Shown: positions 51,801 through 63,900 of the stretch, piece by piece
Layout of the letters: each line of letters starts with the position of its first letter
Position numbering within the stretch: the stretch's first letter is position 1
Source: Balanoglossus misakiensis
Taxonomy: Eukaryota; Animalia; Hemichordata
Direction: 5' to 3'
DNA: 64,000 bases
Assembly: GCA_040954595.2 (NCBI GenBank)
Contig: CM082591.2
Span: forward strand, 6,996,047 to 7,060,046
Translations under genes and position numbers: made by a program
Notes under the pieces: model-generated
Told to the model about the DNA's origin: nothing
Seen by the model: the letters and a program-made list of their open reading frames with translations, nothing else
Database searches by the model: none

Positions 51801-54800
51801 CCAGAGGCAACATTCCTTCGTGATCGCCAAACAACCACTGTCTCTCTGGAGGAAGAGAATGATTATAGAGTCCAAACATTTTCCGACAAATGCGACAATT
51901 ACACCGATATGTCGTTCTTCCTCAAAGAGTCTATGACCACACTCCGTGATATCGCCGAGGAGTGGAAGACGAGCTTCGAGAATGCGTCTGAGACACTGAT
52001 GATCTTGGACGAGCTCCTGGTAAACGTCAGCGCCATCAACGCCAACAGCAGCGAGATCAACAGGACCGAAGCGTTGCTCAGGTACAACATGACGGATGAT
52101 GATATCGAACTGCGGGTGATGGAGATCAACTTGCTGGAGGACCCATCCATGAATGAAACCCTCAGCGTCATACAGGCGGTGAAGGATGCCAGTCTGGAAG
52201 AACTGTCTATAGCGTCTGACTATCACATACTGGAACCCTGGAAAGCAGCCATGGAAAACCTTACCGAAGAAACATTCTTGGAAGGCGAATGTGCCTCCTT
52301 TGAAGATTGTCTCTTTGTCACTTTCGACCGCCTTCTCGGACTCTATGACAAGGTTGACTTACCGAATGTTGACAAAATGAGGTCGCTGCTGACAAAATCC
52401 CGCGTCCAACTATTCGCGATGCTGAGAAACGACTCCCTCAGGTTAGACGATGCGTTAGATGTGTCCGATGAAATTCTCGACGTCCTTCAAGAAACCGATG
52501 ACACCGTGGTGTTCTGTGCCACTCCGCCAGTTGTTCTTGTAAATCCCACAAACGCAACAATCATTAAAGGCGGTGATTTGATTTTAGAATGTCAAGCTGA
52601 AAGTGATCCCCTACCAGAATATACGTGGTACAAAGATGGTCTTCCTGTTTCCCTGAGGAAAGAAATTGGTACATTGGTGCTCAAAAGTGTTGACGACTCA
52701 GCTAGAGGTTGGTACATGTGTCAAGCCGGCAATCACGTTGTGAATGTGACATCTGAACAGGCTTACGTAGATGTACATGAAGCACCGGCTGTTATCATCT
52801 CTCCCGAAGATCAGACACTCCTGGAAGGTCATGAACCTTCGGTGACCTTAGACTGCATCAGCACAGGCTGGCCACGACCAATGGTTACTTGGTATTTCTC
52901 GAGAGACTCTGTGACCTACAGCAAGGCGGCAAGTGCTGGCGCCAGTCTGGCTCTCAACAAACCACAGCTCACTGACAGCGGCTGGTACAAGTGCGAAGCG
53001 TCAAACGCTGTTGGGAAGGACAGTTCAACAATAAAGGTCACAGTGCTTGGGATCTCCGTCGCCATGCCGATCATGAGTGTCTCTCTTGCATTCTCCAGTG
53101 GCACTGCCGAAGGGGGCAATTCTTTCAAAGAATTTCTTCCAAGCAAAACAGCTACAAGTGTAATCTTGAGAAATAAGGTTCGTCGTGGTTTGGAGCAGTT
53201 ACTGGAGCTAGACTCAGAAAGATTAGATATAATCCAAACAGACTACAGTGTGCAGCAAGATTACCTCTCTGGAACAGTGAGCGTGAAGATCATCGGAAAG
53301 ACGCATGCGCATGAGGAAATCGGACACCTACCATATCGCCACCTGCAACATTTATTCTACGACTCCCAGGACGCCCTCATTAGGCTTGCAATGACGCTGA
53401 CAGAAGCAACTTTAGACGAGGCACATCTGTTTGAGATAGATGGTGTGAGTGTGAACATAACACGTGGTACACTTGTGTATGGTATGGATGAGCCAAGGTG
53501 CCCATATGGCCAGACTGCAAGCACTTATAAGTTTTTCCTGTGTGGTAAGTATGACTCGGCTATTGTACAATCATTGTTTGCGTACAACTGAAAATGTCTC
53601 CGATTTCTTCCTGGTTATATCTTCTTACTTAATTATTTGTTCTGATTTAGAAGCTGTAATGAAAGCTTGCTCAATATTATAATTTCACGAGCGAAGAATG
53701 CATTTCCTACACCGTCGTTCTTAAATTTAAGCCTTGATGAGGTATCAAATAAACTGTTACCGAAGGCTTCAGAAAATCACATTGTTTCGTCGTTTACGTT
53801 GTCACCGCAATACTCTAGACAATCACCCATGTGTGCATCAGAATAAGATTGTCGTTTTATTTTTTTATTTTTTTCAATATCTTCTCTTTCTGGTATGATA
53901 CTGCATTTCCTGATGTCTATAATAATCAGCTGACTGCAATGGAGGACTCAAAGGCTGTGGTAAGATTGAATTAACATCTATTCCATGTGATTTTATTTGA
54001 CATACTATCCGAGTGTTTCCCTCATATCATTTGTACATTGCATATGGTAACCTACTCGTCTTACTTGCATTGTACTCTTTTTGCAAGTCAACAAATAACT
54101 ATTCCTATATCTTGCTTTGTGTTTTGGGGGTTTATTTTCTATGAAAGCCACTTTAAAAATTTTCTGCATAACATGTCACATGACAGCAATTTCAACATCA
54201 CTGATGGATTTGACTGTTGATGTTATTATATTGATGACCCCGACCTTTCATGAAAAAATCCTAATATTGGTATACTGTACCTCTAATTATAGTTATTTGC
54301 TATTAGTTTGAGAAAAAAACTTACTGCAATGATATATATTTTGTTCTCAGGCGTGGAACAAACTGATCCTTCTGAAGAAGTAACAGAACATCCTGATGTG
54401 ACACCCAAGGTAATGCATTCGTATTTTAATTTTTATCAGGACGGATTTACACAACGTAACCAAAATTGTCCGTCCATCCGTCCGACTTTCAGCCAGTCTG
54501 TCTGATTGTCTATCAGTCTGTCTGCCTGTCTTCTTTATTTTGAATGTCACGATTCAGACGTAGAGATGACGTCACTCATAGAAATAAATTAAATATTTTT
54601 TTCGTTCTTTATGTCTTGTACTGAGAGACATAATAATGTGTTTCCATCATTTAGATGCTGACAGACGGTCACTCTCCTTTCAATAAGGGAATACTCCTAG
54701 CCATCAGTTGTGCTTCACTGCTTGTCTTGGTAGTAGGTAGGTAAAATGATTTCATGATCACAGGTCAAGAGTACAAGAAGGCATTATTAGTATACACATA

Positions 54801-55366
54801 TCGACTGTCCACGATTGTAACTTCATGTGGCTGTCTACAAAAGATATGTAGAGTTGATGGAAAGAAAGATTGACTTGAAAAAATGCATTTGTGTAATATT
54901 ATTTATAGGCCTGTTCATGCATCTATCTGCGTGCAAAATCAATGCATTGATTCGAATAGGCAACATCCGGCAATGTAGCGGGCCGGTGAACTTTACATTG
55001 AGCGGTTGCTAAAGCTACCCCGTCCGATGAAACTACCCTAGAGATAGACGACAGAAACACTCCGCGTCGGCAAATGAGTCGCTGCGCCAGGGCACATAAA
55101 CACATATTCAGGCAATACTACGCAATGACAACTTCTTAGATATTTCAAAACAATTATGTACACATCTACTTTCTGTAGGTGCTGCAGTCACTATCTACGT
55201 GGCAAAGAAGAGGCATTCGTCAAAACAGAGCGACAGAGGGTCTTCTGATCTGACCAGCAGTTCCGACGTACGTGAATTGGTTGTGACAGGGGGTGCCACA
55301 GTTGCATTGAAGACCTGTAATGCCCAATGTTCACCTGTCTTCGACAATACGTCTGAAAAGGCTTGA
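45836..55366 (+). CDS. Gene 3: uncharacterised ~1677-aa type I membrane protein (SP, EGF, coiled-coil/Cys-hairpin, furin site, 2 Ig domains, TM). Exons 45836-45902, 47945-48552, 48963-49128, 49711-53544, 53930-53959, 54351-54409, 54655-54736, 55179-55366
   Basis: All eight exons join in frame via GT-AG (5034 nt). Signal peptide MALTQTFIIAYLAFAALVYHSSA; EGF CECQHGGRCITSFENDATCNCSSTGYTGAFCE; Ig domains LECQAESDPLPEYTWYKDG...YMCQAGN and LDCISTGWPRPMVTWY...YKCEASN; TM GILLAISCASLLVLVVGAAVTIYVA followed by KKR. The 30-nt exon is symmetric and least certain. Confidence 0.85.
46787..46927. repeat. Palindromic (hairpin) element with central TCGGCTTCGCCTC loop
   Basis: ~64-bp arms GAGAATAATGAACGCCCCA... 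/ ...TGGGGCGTTCATTATTCTC. Confidence 0.85.
46947..47800. mobile_element. Non-autonomous DNA transposon, CA...TG termini, 7-bp TSD GGTGTGC (P-element/Galileo-like)
   Basis: ggtgtgc|CACGGTTACTAGAAGAAGACGGTTAGGAAACT ... AGTTTCCTAACCATCTTCTTCTAGTAACCATG|ggtgtgc. Confidence 0.85.
47945..48552 (+). CDS. Gene 3 exon 2: EGF-like domain + beta-rich region
   Basis: accgcag|CGTGTGAG...GAACAG|gtaact, inside ORF 47854..48564. Confidence 0.88.
48615..48875 (+). repeat. Interspersed repeat; copies at ~61130-61390 and partial at ~34836-34950
   Basis: Shared GATCGTCTTATGC...CCCTTCTTTTCACCCAA...CACAGACTATGG. Confidence 0.8.
49300..49690 (+). repeat. Intronic (AAC/ACC/ACT)n low-complexity trinucleotide tract
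   Basis: A/C-rich triplet run ending at the branch point of the giant exon. Confidence 0.85.
49711..53544 (+). CDS. Gene 3 giant exon (3834 nt): coiled coils, Cys-rich hairpin, RRKR, two Ig I-set-like domains
   Basis: 1262-aa ORF 49803..53591 extended 5' to the acceptor ccgccag (branch point ctaac at 49691); donor TGTG|gtaagt. Confidence 0.93.
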
Positions 55367-56399
55367 AAATGACGTAATAACTCAAATATATTTTAGCCGA
55401 AAGAGAAAAATGCACCATGCATCGATTGCATTATCTTTGAAATGCTTTATTCAAGTTCAATTTATAATCATTAATTTTTACCCGTTTGTGATTAGGGACA
55501 AACTTATTCGTAACTTCACCAAAGATCGTTAAAGCCCCATGAGCTGCAACTTTTGAGAAGTTTATGAAATTTATTTTCAAACTGCTGTACTTATATTAGC
55601 CCATACAGATGTATGCACTGAAGTATATATACAAGTATTATAAAGCCTATGCAACTTTTTAACCAGATAAAATAATAAATAATAATAAAGCTTTGCCGCA
55701 AAGGAAAATGGCCGTCACAATGCAAAATACAATGGAAACGTCGCATTTCCCACTATGAAACTTCATAAACATGATCTCATCCACTAGAACCCACTTTCTT
55801 GAGGAACTGTAGTTTGAGGCAGTGCAAAGTCATAAAAAACAAAAGTAACCGGCTATAGAGGGCGATGTTTGAACGGGTAAATGACCACCAGAATTTCAGC
55901 CCATTGATTTTTCTTGTTTGCCAATTTCTCATCGATACCTTTAATGTACATGTATACCTTTATATTATTCAGAAATAAAAAATGGCACTTTGGTAGTGTT
56001 TGTGAAACTATTGTCATGATAGAATTATTAATGTAATTATTATTATCACATACATAGACTCACTTATCCCTATAGTGTGACGTCACACTATAGGTATATG
56101 ACCTCGAAGAATCCTTATTACACATGTGTTGAATATGGATGCCCAGACTATTTTCTTTATGTAAACAAACAAAAATCAGCTGTTCTCGATCTGAAATATA
56201 CCCAAAACCCAAAATTGGCAGACTTATGAAGCACAGGGAAATGTGGGGTAATAAAGCACATGTTTTAAATGTAAAATGAGCATGTAAAATTGCAAGTTAA
56301 ACGTCACGGTCGACATCGCTAGAGCATCGAGCAGCACAACACCAGCAGCTTGCAACCAGTCAACAGGTCGAGTCGAGCAGGCGAGCATACCAGAATTTG

Positions 56400-56503
56400 C
56401 GCAAAAACACCACAAAGTAACAACCCAAATGCCAAGAAAGAGAAAACGTGAGCAAAAGCAAGCTCTTGGAAACTAATTACACTATACAGGGATGTTAGTC
56501 TAA
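56400..56503 (+). repeat. Interspersed repeat; second copy at ~5955-6060
   Basis: Shared GTGAGCAAAAGCAAGCTCTTGGAAACTAATTACACT...GTTAGTCTA. Confidence 0.75.
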
Positions 56504-57568
56504 GGAAAGGTAAAATTTTATTTTGTCATTTCTGTGCCAATACAATAAACCACACAGATCTGTATATACACATATAATATGTACACAACCAACAATAATA
56601 CTGTATTTAAAAAAAAATCACAAAATTACACAACTGCTGTAAAAAAATCATACTTATCATAATTCACAATTCATATTAAAACACAAAGGAATGTTTGAAC
56701 TTTTAGGCATATTTACAATAAAGTTTCTCAAATGTAACTTGGTTAACAATCTATTCACACAACTGTACATAGATTCAACACAAGCAATATGACATACCCA
56801 GCCACTCCCCTCACAAAATTTAATTTCCAACTGTTTTCTTTGGTCAGATTTAATACAAGTGTGAACTATACACACTTTGATTCTATGTACAATGAATTTG
56901 CATTGTCCATGACTATATGGGAATGTATAGGCTACATGCACGCAGGTAATTTTTTACCCAATAAATAAAATTAGATCCTAGAAAAACGTGATAATTCTTC
57001 ATGTGAAATTATCAAAGTTGCAAATTATTTTTCTTCAAAAAAGAGCAAGTCTGGATCATGGTAAATTCAAATGTCAATGTTGCATTCTGTAAAGTAATCC
57101 TGAATGATTGGACTGCAAAAAAAGTTATGTGACTATATAAATAGTTTAGAGTTACCATATATGGTCTTTAGTTTTGTGAGTTAATTAATGAATACAGATT
57201 ATGAATATTCATCAATCTTGTATGTTTATCTGAGCATGAGCAGTGTCACTCATACAACAAGAGCAGCCAATCACCAATTGTAATAGAACACGAAATCTTT
57301 TGAAAGAAGTTATGTGATTGGTTCCCCTTCATAGCTGACACATAAATGGGGGCTCACTCAACCACTCCAGTCCATTGTAACATATTTATAACATTTGAGT
57401 ACATAATAGTGCCTGCTGGTAACCTTAGTTTGCCAGCTTTTCCTCTTGCGTGCTGGTCTGGCCGACCAGCATGGAGAAAACCCTGACCAGACAGACTTGT
57501 AGAGACAAACACACACACACAACACGCGCGCAAAGAGAGAGAGAGAGATGTTGAGATGAACAGTTTAA

Positions 57569-57752
57569 AGGTATTCAGGCACCTATGGAAATTTAAGTAC
57601 AGTTACCATGGTAAACTTGTGATCTAGCCAATCACGGATTTTCAGTGGGTGGTACACGCGAAAAAAAGAGCGCCACCATGTTCTTTAGAACACTCAAATA
57701 CGCCATTTCAGCCATATATGGGCGTATGTAAATTGGAGGTGACTGTATACCT
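57569..57752. mobile_element. MITE, TTAA TSD, Kolobok-like; sister copy at 58162-58320
   Basis: ttaa|AGGTATTCAGGCACCT...AGGTGACTGTATACCT|ttaa; shared internal TACAGTTACCATGG...TCTAGCCAATCAC. Confidence 0.8.
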
Positions 57753-58161
57753 TTAAGAAGAAGACTCATAATATAAGTATCGAGGAAACAGTCTGCACAA
57801 ATGTGACTGTTTTTGTGAAAATGCTCAAAACTGACATTTGAGCTTGATGAACCAAGTAATTGATGTTCTACATTACAAGATGTATTTCAGTTTCCAAAAA
57901 TTAAAAATGTCGACAACAAACTCACATACCAGCATAAGAAATAAATAAATGGAAAATGACACAAAGGACAGTTGTGTGACCCAATTCAGAAATTTTAAAA
58001 ATGGACAGTGAAGGTGTAAGGTCTGTAATAATACACTGTAGCAATACAGTAGTAAAGCGACATCTAAAATATCTGACTGCAGCATTTCAGGTGTATTTGT
58101 GATAGTTTGTGATATTTGTCACTACAGGTAAGTTTTTGTATTACTAGAGAATTAAGCTTAA

Positions 58162-58320
58162 AGGTACACGGTCACCTATGCAAATTTAGCTACAGTTACC
58201 ATGGCAAATTGAGATCTAGCCAATCACAGATTTTCAGTGGGTGAGTGCCACCACCTGTTCTTCAGAAAACTCAGACATGCCATTTATGGACATATGTAAA
58301 TTTGAGGTGAACGTGTACCT
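58162..58320. mobile_element. MITE, TTAA TSD, Kolobok-like
   Basis: ttaa|AGGTACACGGTCACCT...AGGTGAACGTGTACCT|ttaa. Confidence 0.8.
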
Positions 58321-58844
58321 TTAAGGTACTGCAAACTGTAAAATAAACCCTGTACTTAACAGTGAGAGCATTAATATGTGTACTAGAGTTGCCACAGGTT
58401 GAATTGTAACCATATGAACATGTCACAGGAATACTAGTAGCTAGTAGCTGCCAACAAAAAGTTTCCAAAATAACTTAACCCCAGTTCGCTCTTCAGTGGT
58501 CCAACCTTGCCATAGAAAACAATGGGTTTGGACTGAACCATGGTGGTGAAAGGGTTAAAGGGACAGTGTTGTCCCATCTGCAGCTGCAGGTATGGCTCAC
58601 ATAAAACACAGTTGCTAGAATGTCACAGTCGGTGCACAGTGTATGTAAAGTGTAACTGCTAAAATCTACATCATTGAAAACAATATGGTTGTTACTTTGT
58701 ATTACACTTTTTATCATATTCTTAGATACCTCGATCTAGCATGATGTATTGGTTGGCAGGGCTAGCGTCTCCCTGCACACAAAGGAATAATGCTGATAGT
58801 TTGTTTGTAAACATGGTGCAGTTCAGCGGACACTCCCCCCTTAA

Positions 58845-58929
58845 CCCTTTCACCCCAACTTCCCACTATAGAAGTCCAACCTTACCATAGTAAACAATGG
58901 TTTTGGACCGAACCATGGTGGTGAAAGGG
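58845..58929. mobile_element. ~85-bp piggyBac-like MITE (CCC...GGG termini, TTAA TSD); other copies 58479-58554 (5'-damaged), 61451-61536, 63017-63101
   Basis: ttaa|CCCTTTCACC...GGTGAAAGGG|ttaa. Confidence 0.85.
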
Positions 58930-59182
58930 TTAAAAACACTTCCAGAGGTAATGTCGGTAGTTCCATGTATATCTTAATCACATCTGGCAAATCACTCAAC
59001 ATCCATATTTCAGAGTCTCTTGGGATGATATCGTAGAAGTGGTGGTCGGTTGTGTTTGCGATTGGAGCCAAATCGGTCGTAATAGCTGTAGCCTCTTTCC
59101 AAAGTCAGCGATATAGTTGCTACAGAAAATGAAACATACCCACAAAACAATTAGGAATGGTTTTCTATAGATAGAAGGTTAA

Positions 59183-59538
59183 AGAGACAAAGTCTTACTC
59201 TCGCTGCCCCTTTTTCCATTAATTATGTTTGATACAAGACAACGTTTATGTCATTCTACATGTATATGTGGATATACAGTGAATCATAGTTCGACCACAC
59301 ACAACTTCCATCCCGTTTGTAAGATATGAGAGTAAAAACTCCCCCAAAATGAATAAATGGTAAAGACCGATTATTCATTTTGGCGAGTTTTTCCACTCTC
59401 GTGTCTACAAGCGGGATGGAAGGTGTGTGTGGTTGAATGTTCATTCACTACGTATACACAATGCACATTAACATAAACGGTGTCTTGTATCAAGCATAAT
59501 TAATGGAAAATGGGCAATGAGAGAGAGACTTTGTCCCA
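59183..59538. mobile_element. MITE with ~70-bp imperfect TIRs, TTAA TSD
   Basis: GACAAAGTC...TTTTCCATTAATTATGTTTGATACAAGACA / TGTCTTGTATCAAGCATAATTAATGGAAAA...GACTTTGTC. Confidence 0.75.
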
Positions 59539-60756
59539 TTAATAAAGTGGTATAATGATGTAAACACTGCAAAACGCAGGCATGGATGATTATAAAAATT
59601 ATTAAAAGAAAATAAACAGGAAATGAAGAAGGGCAGCTCACAAAAGGGGAAAAAATATCAAGTCACAAAAACACCACTTACGATCGTTGCTTCGACCTGC
59701 AGCAATTGACCAAGAAAGCAATAACGAAAAATTGAGATATCAAAAAGTATTTTAAACATTGTTGTAACCTGGAGTGATAATTTTTCAGACAAACAGAAAT
59801 AAATCCATGTCTCTATGTACCTGTTTGTCTTCCCGTTTACCAAAAAATCCTAACCAAGTATGCTAAGTTATAAATATAATCATAATAACTACAGTACGCT
59901 ATGAACAAACAACTCTGGAAAAATGACCATACACCTACAATGTTTCATCTTCTTGGCAGAATTGCAGTATTCTAGAAATATTTCAAGCAATGCCTAATCT
60001 GTCAAACACTCATGGAAAATACTAGTATTAGTCCTGCAATAGAGTACCCAATCATGCCACTTCCTGACTACTATGCTTATTAAGAAGTTCAGTCCAGCTG
60101 ATTTCTACAAACCTGCCAGCTTTGAGGTCACTTATTCAGAAAAAAAAACATATTCGCCATGAATAACTCACACATTTGTTGTTGTTTTTTATACAAAGTG
60201 GGGGAAATTGGCAGAATTTTTAATATGTTGCTAACTGTTTTTTTTAATCAATTGAAAAAAGAGACCAGCTTGTCTTCCGCCCAATGTGATGTGGGCGATA
60301 CCATTTTGCGATAGGTGTCACTGCACGCAATGCTTGGCTATTTGTAGTTTGCGTCAGTTGATAAACAACAGTAAGGGACGGTGGATGTCAAGATGATTAA
60401 CCATGACAGTTTGATCAGTTACTTCTGTTAGTTGTGAGGGTTGGGTTATTAGTTGGTAAATTTTCATTCAAAAGCCAAAAAACGCTCTAATTTACAGTCC
60501 AAGATTTTGAAAAGTCTACAATATCCCCTTCTTACTTTGCAGCCTGAATAAAGCATTGGCTTCAGCTTTTTGCTGTCAAATTGGCCGAAACTGGTTTGCT
60601 TTCTACATAATTTAAACTTCATTTCACAGAAGATTTTAAATCCCCCTTAATACTCCAAATCCTGAATTTTGGCAGGAAAGGGGAACAATTACTTACTGCG
60701 GCATTCCAGATGGAACATCTGTGCATAGAAAGACATCAAAATAAACAATAGCCTAC

Positions 60757-62848
60757 CTGGTTCTGTTGTTACCAACGGTGTTCGGCTTTGTGATCTATGC
60801 GGCACATAGCCAGAGGCTGAGCGGAGCTGTAAAATAATCATTGGTGATGAGGTTATATGTGTATTTGGTAGTCATTTGTTATTGTGCACTTTTTGATAGA
60901 AGATGAAAATGAACTTGTGTTTGGTAAAATGAACCATTCACACAATAGCATTATTATGATAATCACTAACACACACTACTTGACCATTTCCATGAAAGGA
61001 GAATAAACTCCATTTCAAACATGAATTCTTCCAATTAAAAGATTATTAAAAGGCTCATCAACTGACAAGAGACAAAAACCCTGTTTCACCCCTAAAAGTT
61101 ACACCCTATTCTTTTCAATGTTTAAATGCCGTTGATCGTCTTATGCACATGTGCGTAAATTCGCATTTACAAACATTGTGTCTAATCCAAATGCTCTGCA
61201 AGTTTTGTGATCAACGCATTCAAACAGTGGACTGCTTTCCCTTCCTTTCATATTTCATGCGTATAAGTACATGTAGACTTTAGTTTTGTCCCTTCTTTTC
61301 ACCCAATTTGCTATCTTTCCCCATTTTCAACACAGACTATGGTCGCTGCCATCTTGTCTGTTGTTAGGACAGCACACTGCCTTATGGCATTGACTGTATA
61401 CAAGTTTTGTAACCAGAGTCTCTGTGCATAAGACGATCATCGCTCATTAACCCTTTCACCCCCAGTTCCCACTCTAGAGGTCCAAAGTTACCAAAGAAAA
61501 ATAATGGGTTTGGACCGAACCATGGTGGTGAAAGGGTTAAAATTTCTGCGAGAGGGTTGACATTGTTACCTCCTCTTCCTCAGTATAATCCATCTCGTCT
61601 CTATCCATGGGTGAACCTTCAGACGTCACATGACCACCACTAAAACTCCTCCTGGATCTCGTCTTACCACCACTCCACGTCTCACCGTGATCAGACTGAT
61701 GCGTTAAAGTCTCTGCTCGTCGGAAATGATGCGAACTGCCCACATTCTTCTCTGGGGGATAAATCGACTGTGCGGGTTCATTCGGGTTGCTGGGGTACCT
61801 TGTAGTGTATTTGTTGTCTCCAGATGCTAATTTTGAAACTGAAAGTTCTTTGCGTCTAGTATTGGCATGGCTGTGATGACTAGTTAGATTTGAATCGACA
61901 GTTTGTGTTGACAGGTTCCTTGCGTCTTCATCCTGCAGTACAAAGTAAACAATCTCTTAGTTGATATTGTTTGGTTTATGGACATGATTAGACTCTCTCA
62001 CAGCCCACGGTTCACTACAAGGCTCTTCACTGACGCGCCCTCAACCGTTTAGCAAGGAGAAGCCCCATATGTACAGTAGTCTCGCTTCCAGACCCTCGTC
62101 GCTTCGAAAAGTGCGCCACGGGGCTGTAGATCCAGTAAATGAAATATGAGAACGCGAAAATTAATCCTCATGTAACAGTTGCCTCATTTGATATTGCAAA
62201 AATTTCCTGTCGCGAAAATAACCCATATTTTACAGTATTTATTTAAGCAATAAAACACCCCCAGCCATGGTATACCACGAGATTTTGACCAGTTCATGAC
62301 ATATACGCACGAGCGATAGCAAGTGTGTATATGGAGTTGAACTGGTCAAAATCGAGTGGTATACCATAGCTGGGGGTGTTTTATTGCTATTATATTATAC
62401 CAGTATATTGAAACTTTGCATAAAACATTTTTAAAAGGCATTTTCTTTGACTATGAGTTTTGCGTGATATATGACTGTGGTATATGGCTAATATATCACA
62501 GTCACGTGTCGTGTCTCGACCAATAAAAAAGCGTGATTTACACCATCAATATACTAGTATAATATAATGGAGCATTTACGTGTATACAAGTGAATGTGTA
62601 ATTAAAAACACCAATAAGGATCATTTACTGATTAAACAAATGTGTTATCCACACTAATGGAACAATGTGTAAACCCAGCTAGAATAATGTCCTTCAGTTT
62701 TGTCATAAATGATTAATTAATTACCTGCTTGTGTTGATGGCTGTCGTTTACAATTTGCCTGGCTGATACAGATAGATTTGTTTTGTTGCCAGACTGGGCG
62801 TGGTTTGTGACTCTCTCTTCTCGAGGGGATACATGTAAGTGTTGCTTC
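60757..62848 (-). CDS. Gene 4, partial: internal/3' exons 62848-62725, 61932-61570, 60826-60757 of an uncharacterised low-complexity protein; probable terminal exon starts at ~59119
   Basis: GT-AG-bounded, stop-free and phase-compatible exons (2-0, 0-0, 0-1). The 363-nt exon reads DEDARNLSTQ...MDRDEMDYTEEEE|gtaaca. No domain recognised. Confidence 0.6.
61451..61536. mobile_element. piggyBac-like mini-MITE
   Basis: ttaa|CCCTTTCACC...GGTGAAAGGG|ttaa. Confidence 0.85.
62246..62388. repeat. Palindromic (hairpin) element
   Basis: Arms AGCAATAAAACACCCCCAGC(C/T)ATGGTATACCAC / GTGGTATACCATAGCTGGGGGTGTTTTATTGCT around a GAGCGATAGCAA centre. Confidence 0.85.
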
Positions 62849-63016
62849 CTACCACAACAAAGACAAACAAAAACAGTGAAAAAAATCAGCGACTATAACA
62901 GCTTTTCTCTCAATCATGCAAGACTTTCATGGCTTCGTCCGGTCACACATCTTGGTAATCAGATGACTCCACTGTACATATCTACACAGTGGATTTTTTC
63001 TATTTGTCTTGTTTAA

Positions 63017-63101
63017 CCCTTTCACCCCCAGTTCTCTTTTTAGAGGTCCAAACTTACCATAGAAAACAATGGGTATGGACTGAACCATGATGGTGAAAGG
63101 G
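63017..63101. mobile_element. piggyBac-like mini-MITE
   Basis: ttaa|CCCTTTCACC...GGTGAAAGGG|ttaa. Confidence 0.85.
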
Positions 63102-63299
63102 TTAAAGTACTCTGAGTAACATTCGCTTAATATTTAAAAAATGAATTTTTACTTCAGAATCTATATTAACTTTGTGTGTAGCGAATTCCAAAATCACATT
63201 CATAAGTTGCAAATTAAATTTTTGTTGACTGATTGAAATTATCTGGAATAGAATTAGTAAAAATATTATAATCTGCGAATTATGTCATTATCTAACGTA

Positions 63300-63900
63300 C
63301 CAGGATGTGTGACCTTTAGAGGTCATGACTTGAACTTTAGAGCAAGCCAAAAACCTTGCTATCCCATCATGCCCTGGTTTATTTTTCCATCACTCTAAAT
63401 TTTACATGCCAGAAAATAAGCAATGATACTAATTAAGCCATGCATGATACACCTTGTGCTGTCTTCATAATCAATGCTTTTCTTTAGCAACTGTGTCTTC
63501 AGTGTTGTGATGACCTCTAAAAGGTCACACATCCTGGAACTTTCTGGAGGTCGGTCAATTCTCGCTACATTAAATAGGTTTTTACTACCTAGGTGAGTGA
63601 TGAAAATCTCATATGGTCGACACAATTTCAAGATGGCTCATTTTCGCAATTTTTAAGAAGTTTATAAGTGATACTGGGTCATTGTGAAACTTTGTAACAG
63701 AAAAAATAACAAAATATAAAAGACAACTTCAAAGTCAGAGAATTTTTGACCAGAGGAAGTCATGAAATACAGTAAACATATCATTTCTTCAAACTGTTAC
63801 TACAGTGAGTTGTCGACCTTTTACCCAGAATGCAATGATTACAATGTGATTTGATCCCCTCACATGAAGTAAAAACCTATTTAAGGTAGCCAGAATTCAA
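63300..63900. repeat. Interspersed repeat with internal inverted CCAGGATGTGTGACCTTT motifs; 63560-63900 is related to the repeat inside the ST8Sia triplication
   Basis: Inverted pair at ~63300 and ~63537; shared CTACCTAGGTGAGTGA...GGTCGACACAATTTCA, ending TTAAGG(C/T)AGCCAGAATT. Confidence 0.7.

Noticed and set aside
49853-53146. Antisense and alternate-frame ORFs over the giant exon
   Set aside because: Shadows of the real coding frame
61537-61569. Gene 4 terminating at a TAA supplied by the MITE's TTAA target site
   Set aside because: A good donor (GAG|gtaaca at 61570) precedes it and joins the next exon in frame
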